Positions 1-14,600 are shown, counted from the first letter of the stretch. The stretch: DNA of 64,000 nt from Bilabrum cf. latius (GCA_965178125.1 OZ237751.1:620001-684000), one strand, 5' to 3'. Program-made: numbers and translations. Notes: generated by a model not told the origin, from the sequence alone.

Positions 1-3000
1 GATGGCGGCGTCGATGATGGGCGTTGTGCAGGCATCACGAGCGAGCTGCTGCGGTGTGAGGCTTGTGCGGGGCTGCCATGTGATGCTGTCCAACATGCCA
101 GCGTCAGCGTCAGCTCGAGCACGCATAGAGATGCTTGTAGGTGCAGTAACCCGGCCTCGTCGCTGCGGCTTGCGAGCCGGGACCAGGCTCTGGGGCATGT
201 AGTCAGGTATGTCGTTGACTTCAATCCCATCCGACGCGTCACAGTCGCCGTCCGACTCGCACGAGCCTGGCTCGCTGACGACCACATCATCCATTGAATG
301 TGCTCCATGAGCCGCGTCGTCCTTTGCCTGAATGCGTGCTTCAAAGCTCCTGTATCCGGAGTCAGAGCTATCGTCCCCAGCATCACTGCTGCTGCTGCTG
401 CTGTTGGATCTGGAACTTGCGATGGACGCTCCGTCCTCGCCGCTTGATGAGACCTCCTCATCCGAGAAACCAGAACGCATACCAGCACGATTGATGCGGG
501 ATTCGCTTGCCGCAGATGAGTCAGATTGTGAAGTCCATCCCGAATCAGAAGCAGACGACACCTCCGAGGACTCAGACGAGGCGTCTCGACGCCATTGTTT
601 GCCACGCCCCCGAGTTGTGCCATCGTGAAATCGACCGAGCTGCTTGCTCATTGCCACACTCTCAGCTAGCTTCACCAGCTTGCAAGCGGTGTGTTCTCTT
701 TCTGAAATAGCAGATGCCCCCATCGGAAGGCTTGGCGTGCTACTTGCATCGGGCCCTTCACGCTCCGAAGTGGATCTCATCCACCGATCGATTGCTTTGC
801 CAGGCGACACCGACCCATGCCGAAGCTGTCGCACAATGCGCCTGCGCCGCTTGAAGTACTTGAAGAGGCCTTCATCACGATCTTGAATGGCTGTGTGAAA
901 GTCAAGCGAAGGTATTGGCCAATCACTGGGATCATCACCTTCCCTGTTGCATGGCTCTACCGAAAGCGATCGGAATCTTGCTACTGCACTTGCCGTCCTG
1001 TCTGTGCTTCGCTCAAACCCCACTCCGAGATACCCCTTAGTCTGGACGTTGATGCCATGCAGAAGAGTTGGATGGCTGTCTAAAGATACTACATGATGGG
1101 TCGTAGATCTAGAGTCATGATCCGATACCCACAGCTAGCTCAGCGCAGAGCGACAAGCTGTGGCCCAGTCCAATCGAGCCCTATCCTATGACCGACTCCC
1201 TGACTTTTCAGAGTTGGGTTGTGCGTCACATGGATTGCATGGATCCGAGGGCTCGTTAAGCATGCTATATTCAGAACCACCAGCTGAAGGCTGCTATCTC
1301 GCTGCATGGAAAAGTGCACCGAGCGGCTAGTCGTACCTTGTTGACGGCTTAAGATCACTAGACTCGGACCGTTGCTCCTTGAGCAGCACGTCCAGCCAGT
1401 GCACACCATTCAGCTCAATGCTCAGGCTGGCTTCATCGTTGCGGTACACCGCCCGCCTGAGCTTCTGGTATTGCGACAGTGCAGTGCAGAGAATGTCGAC
1501 GGCTAGGAGACGCGCAACGACGTCCTGAATGCGATCAATACTGCCACCATTCGCATGGCTTGTAGCATGTTTACGTCTGTGCAACAATAGCTAAGCTGCT
1601 GATAGTGCACCTATGGATTGCAATTGCTGTCGCCAAGGCATCAGCTCCCCGTCCTGCCATTCCTCGACCCCATCAGGCACAAGAGCTGATGAAGACCTGA
1701 CGAACCACTCTATCTGCTGCCTCGACGCAAAACGCACGTGTACGAATACAAGCCGCTAGACTCTACTGTTTTGCATTGACTGGGTAACCTCATCCGGAGC
1801 ATAGAAGCCAAGCTGGTGCTTGGCCAGGCAGCCACGAATGGCCGAGCAGACCTTCTTCTTCCACCAGTTGGCCGACGAGCTGGGCCGAAGCAGCGTGCTC
1901 AGTAGCTGAGCCGTCGACTACTTTGGCTCAGCTGTTATGATGCGACCATTATCAAGTTCAGTCAACAGCGCGGTAGATCGAACCGCTTGCCACATGCTGG
2001 CTGGGAGCCCACCAGTCTGCTGAATCTCCGGATGACAGTCACAAAGCCGTCGCAACTACAAAAGTGGGTGATCTGCGTTGATTCGTTCCAAGCTATTCAG
2101 CATGGCAGCATTGGTTGGGTCAAACAGAAGTCGGATCTGCCTGTCGATCTTCTCTGGCATACGATGGGCCAACGCGACGGCCTGCTTGGAACCACTATCA
2201 AGAGGTGCGGCCGCATCGGTCGCCAGCACATCAGGGTTAAACGTCAGCCAATGCTCTACCTGCGACACACGCAGTCTGTCAAGAAAGTGCTGCATCGTTC
2301 GCTCTGTATCCTGTACGGAGTCAATCGAGCTGCTCGAATCACTGATGGTGCCGCTCGGGCGTTCGATTGCCTCGAGGACGCGTGCCAGTGGCCTGTGCTT
2401 GGTATCAGAGGATGGTACAGCCAGCGAAACAGCTGTGGAGCCTTCAGCCTACTATTGATGATTGACCTCATGGTTGCTGGATTGATGTTCGTCTAACATG
2501 GCAACAGATGCTTGAGCAGCGCTGGGTGACTATTCCTGAGGCCGCCTGCCACCAGGCAGCTGCGACACTTGTGCTGGGCCGATCGCATGCTCGGCAGAAT
2601 CCAACGAATCGGCGAAATTCTGTTTGTGCGTCCACATACCGCAATCGTAGGCATTCCGACCGGTGAGCGCAGCGACAAAATTAAATAGCTCGACGTGGTG
2701 CCCTTTGGAGGCGAAGTCTTCGTCCCTCAGAATCTCCCGTGCCCACATTTTCCCCATCGTGTCAGACCCAGTTTTGGCTAGCAGCGGCTGGACGAGATCC
2801 GCAGGGTTGCAAGAGCCACCAAACCGGCGGTAGTCAATTCCATTGCGCAAAAGTCGCAGCCTATACGGACCATGGAATTGAGCAAACGGTGCGCGTGCCG
2901 GGTAATGAAACGGATGCACGGCGCCTTCGGCTTTGCAATCCCGCGTGAAGTCAGGGTAGATAGAAAGACGCCTCCATGGCCATTCAATCTTAGGCTCAGT

Positions 3001-6000
3001 GTTCACTGGCGCTCGCACCGCAGTAGATAGCCTGGTCTCTGTAGATGCGTATCGCTCGTGGCCGATCGAGCAGGGTGGGCGCTGCAGCTCATACTGGTGG
3101 GCGAGATCCTGCAGAAACGTTGACTCTACCCATACCAGCTGAGAAACGAGTTCTTGCCTGAGATCCAGAGCGTCAAGCCGGCTTTTCTGATGCAGCACGG
3201 CCGTCCGTCTTCGAGTTCGATCGACGTACGACCGCCAGCGAAATAGGTAGTTGGACTTGTAGTCTGGATCCTGTCTGCTGCTCGAACCAAGTTCAAACTC
3301 AACCGGATTGGCAGGGGCTCGCACAACTTCAAGCACACTCCCGCCTTGGGCTCCTTTAAGGTCATGATCGGCATGGGGAGCCAAATCTTCAGCTCTTGCG
3401 TTGGCAATCGCGGCAGAAATCTCGTCTCGAACACACTCCATTTGATCATTGGAGCGTTGAGATCTACTCTCGACGGCTCCACGCCGCCACTACTGCCTAT
3501 CGTCTGTTGATGTGACAAACATCCCAGATGCTTGCGTCATCACCATTGAAGCTTCTGCAGGATCATCTTGCGTCGTGCGCAGAAGCTCAACAGCAGCACC
3601 TCCGCCCTTAAACAACATCGAAACCCACTCGCTATAACTGGTGCTGCGGTCCATAGACGGTTCATCATCGTCACTAACGTCAGAAGTACCGGTGTCTTGC
3701 ATGCTCGGCTGCGTTTTGCTGCCAGCTGTCACTGCATCCGATTGAGAGCTCTGAAGTGCTGGATGTGCTACCGGTGCAGCATCAGGTCTTGCCTTCCTGA
3801 TACCTTCCGATTCGGCATGGCTACTGCTGGTGCTACTGCTACTGCTGGCGCTGGTAGCACCTGCTACTGGGGACTCAAAGGCCGCCCGAGCCTCGCTTGA
3901 AGCCTGCTATAGCTCAGCTTTGCTACGGCTGGACCGACTTGCTGTTGCAAGTGACTACGGTCGGGTGACAAGCCGAGTTCTCAGTTGCATGGACTGCTCA
4001 TCAGCCGACCTTGACACAACAACAGCTTGAAGGAAGGTGGCCTCGTTCCGCTCTTCAGATGCCTGGCCGACACCTTGCAGTGCAATCTCAAATCGGGCGG
4101 TACCATCCCCTGCAGCCGCTGCTTTCTGCTTGATGATATCTTTCACTCTTTCCATTGCCTTCAGAACCTTGGTCCAATTTGGTTCTAAGGCCTGGAAGCG
4201 GAACAGCTGGCTTTCATCAGGCTCGATGTACGGACGAGAGGCGGGTCTAGCTGCCGATTCAGCCTGAACGTTGATCGCTGCGCTGCCGCGTGATGCTCGA
4301 GTAGGAGGCTCTAGCCGGCCTTCAAAGCTGCAGTCGCTTCGACTTGCAGCCCCAGAAAGCACTCTAACAGCTGTTTCAACCAGTTCGAGATCTCCTGCCT
4401 CGGATGATTGAGAGTTCCGCAAGAGGGTCTGTAGCTGACATACACCATTTGCAAAGCTGCGGCCGAGCTGCTCGAGTCTCTAGCCGGACCCTAAGCAAGC
4501 CGCATAGTTCGTCAGTGCCAAAAGTGCACCTCTTGCAACGGATGCTTGGTATTCAGGCTCCAAGTGAGGGTTGGAGACGCGTGTGTTGGACCCATCCTAG
4601 TCTCCTCTTGCGCGTTTTAGCGAACTAGAGGAGGTGGCTACAGCGTCTGCGGCCTTTTCCAAGCTATCGATCGTGGACTGCGCCCCTTGCTGCTCTTGGG
4701 AGTCCATCGTATCATGCGAATCACTCCCCTTCGTGTCAGCATTATCATCCCTCAAAACCAGCTGGTTGAGCCGGATGGTAGCTGCCCTGATCTTCTCGAG
4801 GACGGTCCATCGTGGGGTCCTGGGGTTGAACGGGTCGATCTGCTCGCAGGCGTCAGACAGCTCTTCCCGCGCTCGGTCCAGCGACTTCGCGTGCATTGAG
4901 GCACTAGAGCGAGGATGTGTGCTGGATCCTGCTCCCGATGCCGGTGCATCGTCATCGTCCTCCATTGGTAAAGTTCCGCCGATCGACGAGGCAACCGATC
5001 GGCTACGGCCTTCACCGACACTTGCGGGCTCATCGAGCTTGCACTCTGCTTGGATTCTCTCCAGTGCCCGCTCGTGTTGCTGAGCCCTAGACTTGAGTTT
5101 GACTCGTGCGGTTTCGAGCGCTGCCCGTAGGTCCTTGCTGCTAGCGACCGCAAGTGTGCGGACAGCAAACTATAGAGCCTCTAGCCGCGTCGTGCCAATC
5201 CTTGTCTGGAATGCCTTCCACAGCTTCTCTGGATCGCCATCCTGCGCCAACTTCATGTCTTGAAGCATGGAGACAGCACCCTTGAAGACTTGCTCCCTCG
5301 AGTAGCCCGTGTTCTTCAGGATGATGCCAAGCAGACGCTCCTGCTCATCGCACAGATGGAACTCGACCTTGCTGTCACCTCCAGCCTGGTCAGCTGCGGC
5401 TTGCCGGGGCCCAGATACCGACTGAAGCTCAGTGTGCGCGTCGTATTGCGTGCAAGAATCATCCAGATCTTCGGAGTCCAGCGCTCCATCGATCTCTGCC
5501 TGCATCGTGTCGCGGAGTTGACCGTGCACAGAGCTGCGGATGACGACCTCTCGACGCCGTGTCCCTGCAGAGTGCGCTGCGAAAGCACCGTACAGTGCGC
5601 TCTTCTTGGGGTGGTAGACGCGATCGACCACTGTACCATCTTTGCGGAGTCCGAGCGTGAGCTTCATGCCCACTCCGAGGGAGTTGGACGTGAGGTCTCG
5701 AACATGCACCTGCCTCTTGGTGCTGTGGCTCACTCCATCGAAGGCGTCAATCTCGAGCTGCATGGCGTGCTTTGCAATGGCAATCCGCGCTAAAGCAGGC
5801 CGTACTTCACGCAGCTTGGGGAGCACTTCCGTAAATGAACGCACCATGGTCCAGTTGCGAGGCTGTGCGAGCAGGTCTGAGCTCTCCAGAGGCGAGTGCT
5901 GCGAAGCTGGCACGTCGGGCAGGATCGGCCCGCAGTACCGGAACCACTCCATGGGGACCACTCCATTGGTAGGCATGGCATAGGGAAGCTCCTCTTCCAC

Positions 6001-8073
6001 GTTGTACAGGCTTGCTGCAGGCGCGTCAAACTCGAGGTCCAACAGCTGGACGCTGCTTGCTGAGCTGGCACCTGCGTGGATACGGCTGTCTCCGTGCATG
6101 CTTGGCTGGGTCTGGCTCTGCTTCTTTTCCGTCAGGACAGCTTGCTTGACCGCAGCCTCGATCAGCTTTTGCAGCTCAATGGTGGTGTCGTCCCTGTTGT
6201 CCAGCACCTCTGCCATCAGGTGGAGTTCCTCTGTCATCTGCCGCTGGAAGTCCGCCTTGCGCATGGCCTGCTCTTGCTTGACCATGGGCAGCAGTCGCAT
6301 GCGGAGCATGGAATCCATTCTTGTCTGGAGACTTCTCATTCGGCGAGTTCGTGCTGCTTCTGGGACATCTGTTTCCTTGCTCAGTACCCTGAGTCGCAGG
6401 CGGTTCACGCGCTCGACCGATTCTTCCACCGCAGCTATGACCTGCATGCGCTCCAGCTCAGCTTGGACGTGACCTGCACGGACATGAGACTCCAGCACGA
6501 GCGGACTGAGCCGTTCAGCGTCTTGCTTTGCCTGGGCTTTGATCCTCTCTAAGTGCCCGTCCTCTACCTGCCTCCTAAACATTGCGCCCATGGAGGCATC
6601 TGGCGGCAGGGGCGCTCTCTCCTCCGCGGTCGGTAGGACTTTGAGAAGACCCATTACCGGTGCTCCGTCGCGACCCAGCTGCGTCGGTGCGGTGGTCAGC
6701 TTTTGGACGCTCCCAAGTGGTGGAAGAGCCTGTTTGCCACCATGGCAAGCCGTCGTGCGAACGAACTGCGCCAGTGATGCAATTCTATTGTCCACCGGTG
6801 GCTTGTTCGGGCCGTAGTAGAGCTCAGCCATCATGGAACGCACTCGTTCGAGTCGTTCTGCGTCTACTCGTGTTCCTGAAGAGCTTGATACGATGCCCGC
6901 AGAGGATGAGTTGCCACTGTTCTCTCCGCCACCAACAGTTCCGACGTCGTCGTCTGAGTCACCATCGTCTTCCATGGCGTGGCTACCCGCACCAGCACTA
7001 GCTGATGCTGACGACTACATCGACGCTCCACCTGTAGCGGCTGTTCCACTCTTTGCAGCCTCTGAGGATCCATGTTCGTCCGGCTGCCGCGCGCTCCTCT
7101 TCGGCAGCGCCATTGCCTCGATCGCCGAGATAGGCCGCGCCGCCTCTGGGCTCGGCATACCAAGCGAGGACAGCATTTGGTCGAGCACCATGTGGGCCGC
7201 TGGGGATGCCACATGGCTGCGCACCTGCTAAATGCGCTTGTACTGCGCGTACATGGGCGACCTGCATGTCACCAGCGAGTCCTGTGCAGCCAGCTGCACG
7301 CCGGCGACCGTGGTCTCGTCCAGCATGGCATCGTGGTGAAGACGGAAGGAACGATATGCGTCCTTCTGGCACTGCTGCATGATATCTTCTCTGGCTTGAA
7401 GAAAGCCCATGAGCTGCATTGCCTCGTCGTGCAGCAGCACTCGGTACTGCGGGTGCATTGCCTCGAAGGCGGGCAGCTTCTTCTTCTTGGGAAACTTCTT
7501 GGTTTTGAGTCGGCGCAGCTCCTCCCAGCCCTCCTCCCTGGCAATCGTGCGGAGAGTGGAGCCCATGCAGCTCGCGCATGGGCACTTGCCTTTGCCATAC
7601 TCGTGCTCGTGGCAGTTGAAGCTCATGTCGTAGCCATTGACGAGCTCTTCCACAGTGGGGATACCCTCGAGAAGGTGCTTGCTCGCCTTGACGCCGTGAT
7701 CCCTGGCGCATTCCTCCCTCAGATTACGGAAGAAGCACACTCTTGCCCACTTGAGGTACAAGGGCATGTGCAGGGTCATCTTGGATCTCGCTCCCCAGCC
7801 GAGCGTCTCGAGAACCGCTTGGACGGGGTATCCCGTGGCGGTCGCGTCCACGAGGAACTGGGAGGCAAACAGAACAGAGGCACGACTAAAATGGTTCAAG
7901 AGAGCAATACAGCTGGTATTTACTGCATGGTGTGTCGCGAGCCGCGCATTGCGTGGCACGCGTTCCCGAGCCGGCTCAACAAGACAGCGAATTACGATGG
8001 CAATCAAGCGGAATCTCACGTTGTGATCGCAAATGTAGTCCCACGATAAGAGGCCGTGCTAAACATAGAGTTG
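1..8073 (-). CDS. Giant protein of unknown function (>2600 aa in this exon; 3' end lies beyond the left edge; probable extra short 5' exons up to ~8530)
   Basis: Track ORFs 7228-8019, 7015-7224, 5170-6975, 4597-4965, 3955-4422, 3490-3732, 2530-3441, 2056-2295 and 1327-1587 share one minus frame and each ends in TAG. I found no TAA/TGA in the gaps I read by hand. An acceptor-like ttaatttcacgcag ends near 8074. Contains coiled-coil and acidic/Ser-rich stretches. Confidence 0.8.
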
Positions 8074-8779
8074 CTGCGTGAAATTAAGCGAGCGGGAGTG
8101 CCCAAAACGACGACAAGGAGGGGCGCTATGATCTAAATGTGCCTGGGCGGTTTCGGGCGAGTACTTGCGCCGAACAGCAGATCAGCCTGTATCTCACCAT
8201 AGCCGCCTTCACAGTTGGATGGCACACCGACGTTGCAAAGCCTAGAACTTCCTTCTACGACATGAGGTGCTGGAACGTCGCCCTGAAGTGCACCTGCGAA
8301 GCAAATCGAGGCGATGGAGTACTGCAAGCGGGCGTCAGCGCTGCAGCGTGCACTCCCCCGACGATTTCAAAATTCTTACAGGTAGCTCAAGCGAAGCTGC
8401 CCCAACTGAGAAATCCCTGAGTTTAACCATCACGTCCGAAGGGTCGTGCTTGGAGCCTTTGCCTGACGGCTTTGATGGCCGAAGGGACGTCTCGGTGTAT
8501 CTGCGGCGACCAAAGCGCATCAGGCATCGGCGAAAATTAGCTTAATGCCGGCATCGAGCACGCGTTTACGCAGCTTTATAGTACTACCTCACCGAACACG
8601 CGGGATTTGCGCAAGTCTGCTCGATCGACGCCGCATGATTCTTGTCTGCTTTCAGTGGTGTGCGTCCGTCTCCGGCGATCGGGGCGCCGCGCACTATTCG
8701 CCGCGCAATTAGCGGAACCTATGTGCTGCGGAACATTCTCGCCGGTGCCCCGCTTTCAGATTCCTTTAATACGCTTCAT

Positions 8780-9214
8780 ATGGCAGCTGCTGGAGGGTTT
8801 GGCGCTGCGCCGGGCGGAGCAGTTGGTACTGGAACAGGGACAGGGGGTGTTGCCGGTGCTTCTACTGGAAGCTAGCCAATTCAGTATGTCTGTGGAGGTA
8901 AGTGATGCTTTCTAGCCAGCAACTGCTAACCGTGCTGCTTGGTCTCGCTCCATGAATTCGATAGTTTACACCAATGCATTTTTTCTTTTGCGCAGATTGC
9001 AACGCGATCAACCAGCTGCGCTCAAGGGATGACGTTCGATGCCATGCCTGCGGGTACCGGATTCTGTACAAGATGAGGACCCGACGCCGTGAGACAGATA
9101 GAAGCAGCGTAGAAATATGTAATTGCATGGAGATCTTTTGTGTACACACACTCTGTCCTTGCATTCGTTCGACCCAAGTCGTTGCTCGCAGTGACCTAGT
9201 ACGAAGCCAGATAA
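8780..9214 (+). CDS. RPB12: RNA polymerase I/II/III shared subunit RPABC4 (Rpb12); exons 8780-8897, 8996-9088, 9192-9214
   Basis: Spliced product ...GS(TAG=Q)PIQYVCGDCNAINQLRSRDDVRCHACGYRILYKMRTRRLT(TAG=Q)YEAR-TAA matches the Rpb12 zinc ribbon (CxxC...RCxxCGYRILYK...QFEAR). Introns are GT-AG. Confidence 0.95.
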
Positions 9215-9433
9215 CGAGAGTTCTGTCTTGTGGTGATTGCGCTGTTTCCAATAATCGTTTGTATCTTCTGCATGCGCATTCGACCGTACGTAGAGCTACC
9301 AAGCCGTGCAATGTGTGCCGTATCCCAGGCCGCACGCCCCCAAATTGCGATGTGAAGGCGGCCGGCGAGAACGGGGTTGCATTCAACCTGGCAGCAGAGT
9401 GCTTGCTCAGAACGGCATACCTGGCAGCACCGC

Positions 9434-11494
9434 TCACGTGCTCGCACCACCGGCCGCTGCACCGCCTGCCGCGGCAGCACTCTTCGCTGCAGGCGGCCTG
9501 GCAGGCACGCCAGCCTCGATGAGGTGCTTCTTCACCTCGTCGATTCCCACCTCCTTCCTGTGGAAGATCCCGGCCGCCAGCGCCGCTTCGCACCTCGTCG
9601 CCTCGAACACCGCGCTGAAGTGTTCCGGTTTTCCCGCCCCGGAGGACCCCACGACGGGGATCCCAACTCGGTCGCAGATCGCCCCCAGCAGCCCATGGTC
9701 AAACCCCTGCTTCTGACCGTCCTCGTCCACGCAGTTCACGAGGAGCTCACCGGCACCCATCTCCTCACACGCCCCCGCGAAAGCCACGGCACAGAGGTCC
9801 CTCCCCTCCCTCCCCCCGCGGATCGTGCACTGGTACCAGCAGAACTCCTCCCCCTTAGGCCCAGGCCTCTTAGCCTTGACCACGGTCTTGCCAGGTGCCG
9901 CCGATGCGTCCTCCACGTACACCCTGCGAGGGTCCACGCTGATCACGACTGCCTGCGCCCCGTACTTGGCGCTGATCTCCGAGATGGAGGAACTGGGGCT
10001 GGGCTTACCCTCCTCCTTCGCCTTGATGTGGGCCTCTGCAGCCAGCACCGCGTCGGACCCGATGCTGATCTTGTCAGCCCCAGCCCTAAAGTACCTGTCG
10101 GCGACCTGCACCGCGCTCCATACCTTGCCCTCGCTGTCGGTGTACCCCCGGATGCCCCCGCCCACCGTCATAGGCACGAAAATCTTCTCCGAAGCCGCCT
10201 CGAGCACGGCCAGCATGGGCTGGTCGGTCAGCGGGGAGTCCCTAAAGGCAGTAATGTTGAGGAAACACAGCTCGTCACACCCTTCGTCGTAGTAACGGCC
10301 GGCCAGTTCGACGGGTTTGCCCAGGTTCCTAACGCCCCGATCGTCGGATTTCTCCCTGACGTCATACTGGTCCCCTTTGGTTACAACCAGGTCACCAGCG
10401 TCGTTGGACCTGACATCTAGGCATGCAACCACCCTGCGCGTGCGGACCGTGGGCGTCCGCGCCGGGCCAAAAGCAGGCACAGCAGACGCCGCATCCGTCG
10501 CTTCGGCCAGCGGCTTAGACCCCAGCGAGCCATCGAAGGCGCTCGACAGGAACGACCTGAAGATCCCGAGCCCAACCTCGCCCGACTTCTCGGGGTGGAA
10601 CTGCGTGGCGCACACCCTCCCTTTCTGCACGCTAGAAATGTACTCCAAGCCCCCGTAATTCGTCGTGCTCAGCACCCAACCCTTGTTGTCTGCCGAAGGC
10701 ACGGCGCAGTAGCTGTGCACGAAGTACACGGTATCCTTGGCCGCTTTGCTCTCGTCTTCTGACGTCCAAGACTGCATCAGGGGCGACTGCTGCCACGGGT
10801 TGACGCCGTTCCACCCGATCTGAGGCACGGAAATGCCCTTGTCGGCGTCTCCCTCGAACTTCACAACCGTGCCCTTGATCACGCCCAGGCCCGGCTTGCC
10901 GGGGGCCTCCTCGGAGGCTTCGAAGAGCGTCTGCATGCCCAGACAGATCCCCAGGAAGGGCTTGTCGGCAGCAATATACCTGCAACGCATGAAAAATGGC
11001 TAGTGAGTGTGAACAATGCATGCATGGCTATGCATGGCTGGACTGGTAGAGCAAACGTGCTGCTCGGCCGTGTGGAATTCCAATTGGAGGCTAATACTCA
11101 GAACAAACGATCTCACGCTTTGAGTGCATCGGCAAATCCATCCTTAGCGAGAAAATCAGCGGCAGGACCAAACGACCCGACGCCCGGAAACACGAGAACC
11201 TCCGCAGTCTTGATGTCGTCCGCGGTGCGAATGTCCACCACCTCATATCCAACGCGCTTAATGGCATTCCTGCGCATACGAAAACAAATATTTACAAATG
11301 TTCCACAATATTTGCATCGTAGACGAGAAAAAGCGTCATGAAAACCTTTGAAAATGTAAAGATGCACGAGGGGCGAATGATGAATACATGTTTGAAGGCG
11401 TACTGCGTATCCTACAGACTTACCGGATGCTCCGCACGTTACCGGCACCATAATCGAGTAAGTGGACAACTTTTCGATCGCTAACACCCGCCAT
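9434..11494 (-). CDS. HIS7: Imidazole glycerol phosphate synthase, fused HisH-HisF; exons 11494-11424, 11269-11117, 10979-9434
   Basis: Motifs [87 protein letters not shown] stop. Confidence 0.96.
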
Positions 11495-11625
11495 ACTCTC
11501 CCAAATAGGCGATGACGGGATCTTTCTTGCATCACTCGTCAGCGTGTCGTGTATTGTGTATCTGCTCGCTACAATGAACTGCAACCGACATTTGCAAACT
11601 ATTCTCGACTCTCCTGCACGAACGT

Positions 11626-14600
11626 ATGGATTGGTAGCGACAGGGAGGTGGAAATGATGCTGGTATTCTAGGTAGATCCAGCAGGCGAGCTAAGATTCCG
11701 AGCCTAAGACCTAGAGAGCACGATTGGGACGATGTAGGTGAAAGATCACCTGCTTCTCGAGTTGGAATGGACCAGACTGCTTACTCGTTGGTGAACACGC
11801 AGCAAGCAAACGCGGGTCGATCATAGGCATTCCTGTCACCTGTAAACCCGCGCCGTGGGGGCGACGGATTCGGCGTGTTGCAGTCCCCGGGAGCCAGCAG
11901 TGCGTACGGTGCGCTGGACGGAGCTCCGCATGGCACTCCGTACGCAGCTGGAACCATGATACCGTCGAGGCCAGCATCTAGATTAGACCCATTGCCAGCC
12001 AGCACGCGCCCGCCCAGGCTGGCAAGGCAGCAGGGCACGGCTGGCGATGTGCACCGGCCCTCGTTGCGAGCAGGCCCCTCAACGGCAGGGAGCTACTACG
12101 GCAGGGCCGCGGGCGGCGAGCAAATCAAGTCTGCGTACTCCAGGGCGAGCACAGCGGGGAGCCAACCAGGCTCGTACTCAAAACGGTTCGGAAAGGCGGG
12201 GCGAAGACCGGCGGGCCCTCCTCCGGCAGGAAGCCTGCGGGGCACCGCGAGCAAGGGCTCCTCCTCTAGTAGCAGGGCCACTAGCAGCGGTGGAGGGAGG
12301 CTCCCTCAGGATGCTGCACTGGTGCTGCCGAAACGGGGCTACGGCGGGCATTCCGCGGGCATAGGTGGCTCAAAGGAGGAGCCCTACGACTATCAGGGTG
12401 CACCGCACGGTGGTGCAGGAGGCCTTGACACGCAGAGGTCATGGGAGCTGCAGAGCCTCGGGACGGAGGGGTCCATCACCGGAGATCATCTCGGTGTGAC
12501 GAGTGCGAGGGATCTGCAGGGACGGGGGGGTACTCGCGGCGGTGCTATTGTCCCCCACGGGTCCATCGATCGCTAGCTGAGGTACTGCACCAAGCACATG
12601 GGGCAGTGCGACGGGAAGCGGCTCGCCAGCCGGCTGTGCTTCAGCTGCAAGCGACTCACGCCCCAGGATCCCGACTCTGGCTTCTACTGCGACGCGTGCT
12701 TTCGGTTGAGGCACCCGTGGACGCGAGCCGCCCACACCTGGTCCTTTTACGAGCAGAAGCCGCCCCCGCCCAAGGCGGTGAGTGACAACGATCCGGCAGC
12801 CAAGAACATCGCAGTGGCGGAGGCGATGCACAGGGACACAAAGCAGCTGCAGACGATCCTGGGCGAGGCTGACAGGTCCACATTTGAAGAGCGAGACGGT
12901 GCGGCAAAGTCGTGCGACGCGCTGATGGCACGCATGGCCGAGATGCTGGACACGCTTCGGGACGACAAGAAGCGGCTGAGGCACGCGATGGCCAGGAGGG
13001 TGCAATCGCTGTGGAGGATCAGGAGGGCGAGGAGGAGGATCGTCAGCATGATGCGGCTGGTGTGGAGCAAGATCTTCGACCCTTCTTCCCAGCAGTTCTA
13101 CTACGTGAACAGGAAGACTGGTCACGTGCAGTGGGAGAAACCGAGAACCTTCTTTGGCACTTCGTTTGAGATTCCGGACTACCCCACCGTGGAGGCAAAG
13201 GACTTGTCACCGATGGTAGCCGCCCGCATGATCCAATCCGCCGTTCGGGGCTACATGGCCAGACAGAGGTTCAAGATGGCACTGGCTGCCGTGTGGAGAT
13301 CCGCCATCGACCGCGCGTCCGGCAAGAAGTACTACTACAACACGAGAACAGGGGTGGTGCAGTGGAAGAGGCCGGTCGTGATGGGCCCCGACTCACCCAG
13401 GGCCTCCACGAAGGAGGAGAGGCGCAGCTTTCGTGCCATGGTAGGCGACTAGGCGCCCGGAGGAGGGGCCTCCACCGGCCCAGCCACACCGGCCGTGTTG
13501 TCAGCCAGGTCGCATGGAAGCCAGCGGGACGCACTTGGGTCCGCAAGGCATCCACCTCCGGCATCGGCCACTGGCAAGGGCCAGGTGAGGGGAGAGACTG
13601 AAAGGGTTCCATCTGCTGGTGCCGCATAGCACGTGCAGAAGAATGACGAGTACTACGCTCTGCTTGTGCAGCGGCTCTGGCGAGGCTTCAAGGGCAGGAT
13701 CAAGTTCCGGTGCCAGCTGGAGCAGACCATCCTCAAGTACTACGACGAGGACCAGGAAGCGTACTACTACTACAACCAGCTGACGGGACAGTCCAGCTGG
13801 GAGGCGCCCAAGGTTCTGGGCTCCGAATCGATCGTCGCGCTGGATGGGCCCTCGGCTGGGCTGAGCCCAGACGGCACCAACGGGTTCTGGAGAGACAAGC
13901 TCAGGGGGAGGGACCACCGGCTGTACGGCACAGGTCACTCGAAGGAAGACCAGAGAGTTCTCACGGAAACAGTGGGGGGGAGTCCGGAGGGACAGGATAA
14001 CAGCGTGTCGGGTGCAGGCAGCGCCAGTGCAGCGGGCTCGGCTCTCTCTGGCACTGCTGCCGACGATTCGGCCGCATTTCGCCGCTTGCCTGCCTCCATC
14101 GTGTTCCCTGTGGGGATCCGTCCGGGACACCGAGCCGGTGACATGTCGGAAGAGCAGGCGCGGCTGGTGCTGCAGTCCTTCGCTCGCATGCTAGGCGCGA
14201 GGCGCAAGGCCTCCAGGAGAGCCACGCGGGCCTACATCAAGGTGCTGGACGAGCAGTACGGTGTGCCCTACTACTTCAACCGGTACGCTGGCACCTCTCA
14301 CTGGGAGAAGCCGTGGCTGCTGCAGGATCTAGACAAGGACACTGTTTCCGTGGGCAGCATGGCAGAGGACCTGCAGTCAGTAGTTACGTCTGCTCGCTCT
14401 AGCAAGGCTCCGGATGGCTCTGTGGACGCAGCCAAGGCGAGACACGCCAGGGATCGGGGTGGCACCAGATCGATAGCGGGCAGCGCGGGCGGCATGTACT
14501 CTGCCAGAATGTCGGCCAGGACGTCGGCGCGGCCCTCCGCGCGGGAATCGGGTGCGCTGCCGCCCAAGGGCGACGCGGCTGCGAGGCGGGTCTGGTCTGC

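Noticed and set aside
9377-10420. 347-aa plus-strand ORF (likewise 7072-8049, 38951-39835, 51182-52417)
   Set aside because: Antisense shadows of well-supported genes in GC-rich DNA.
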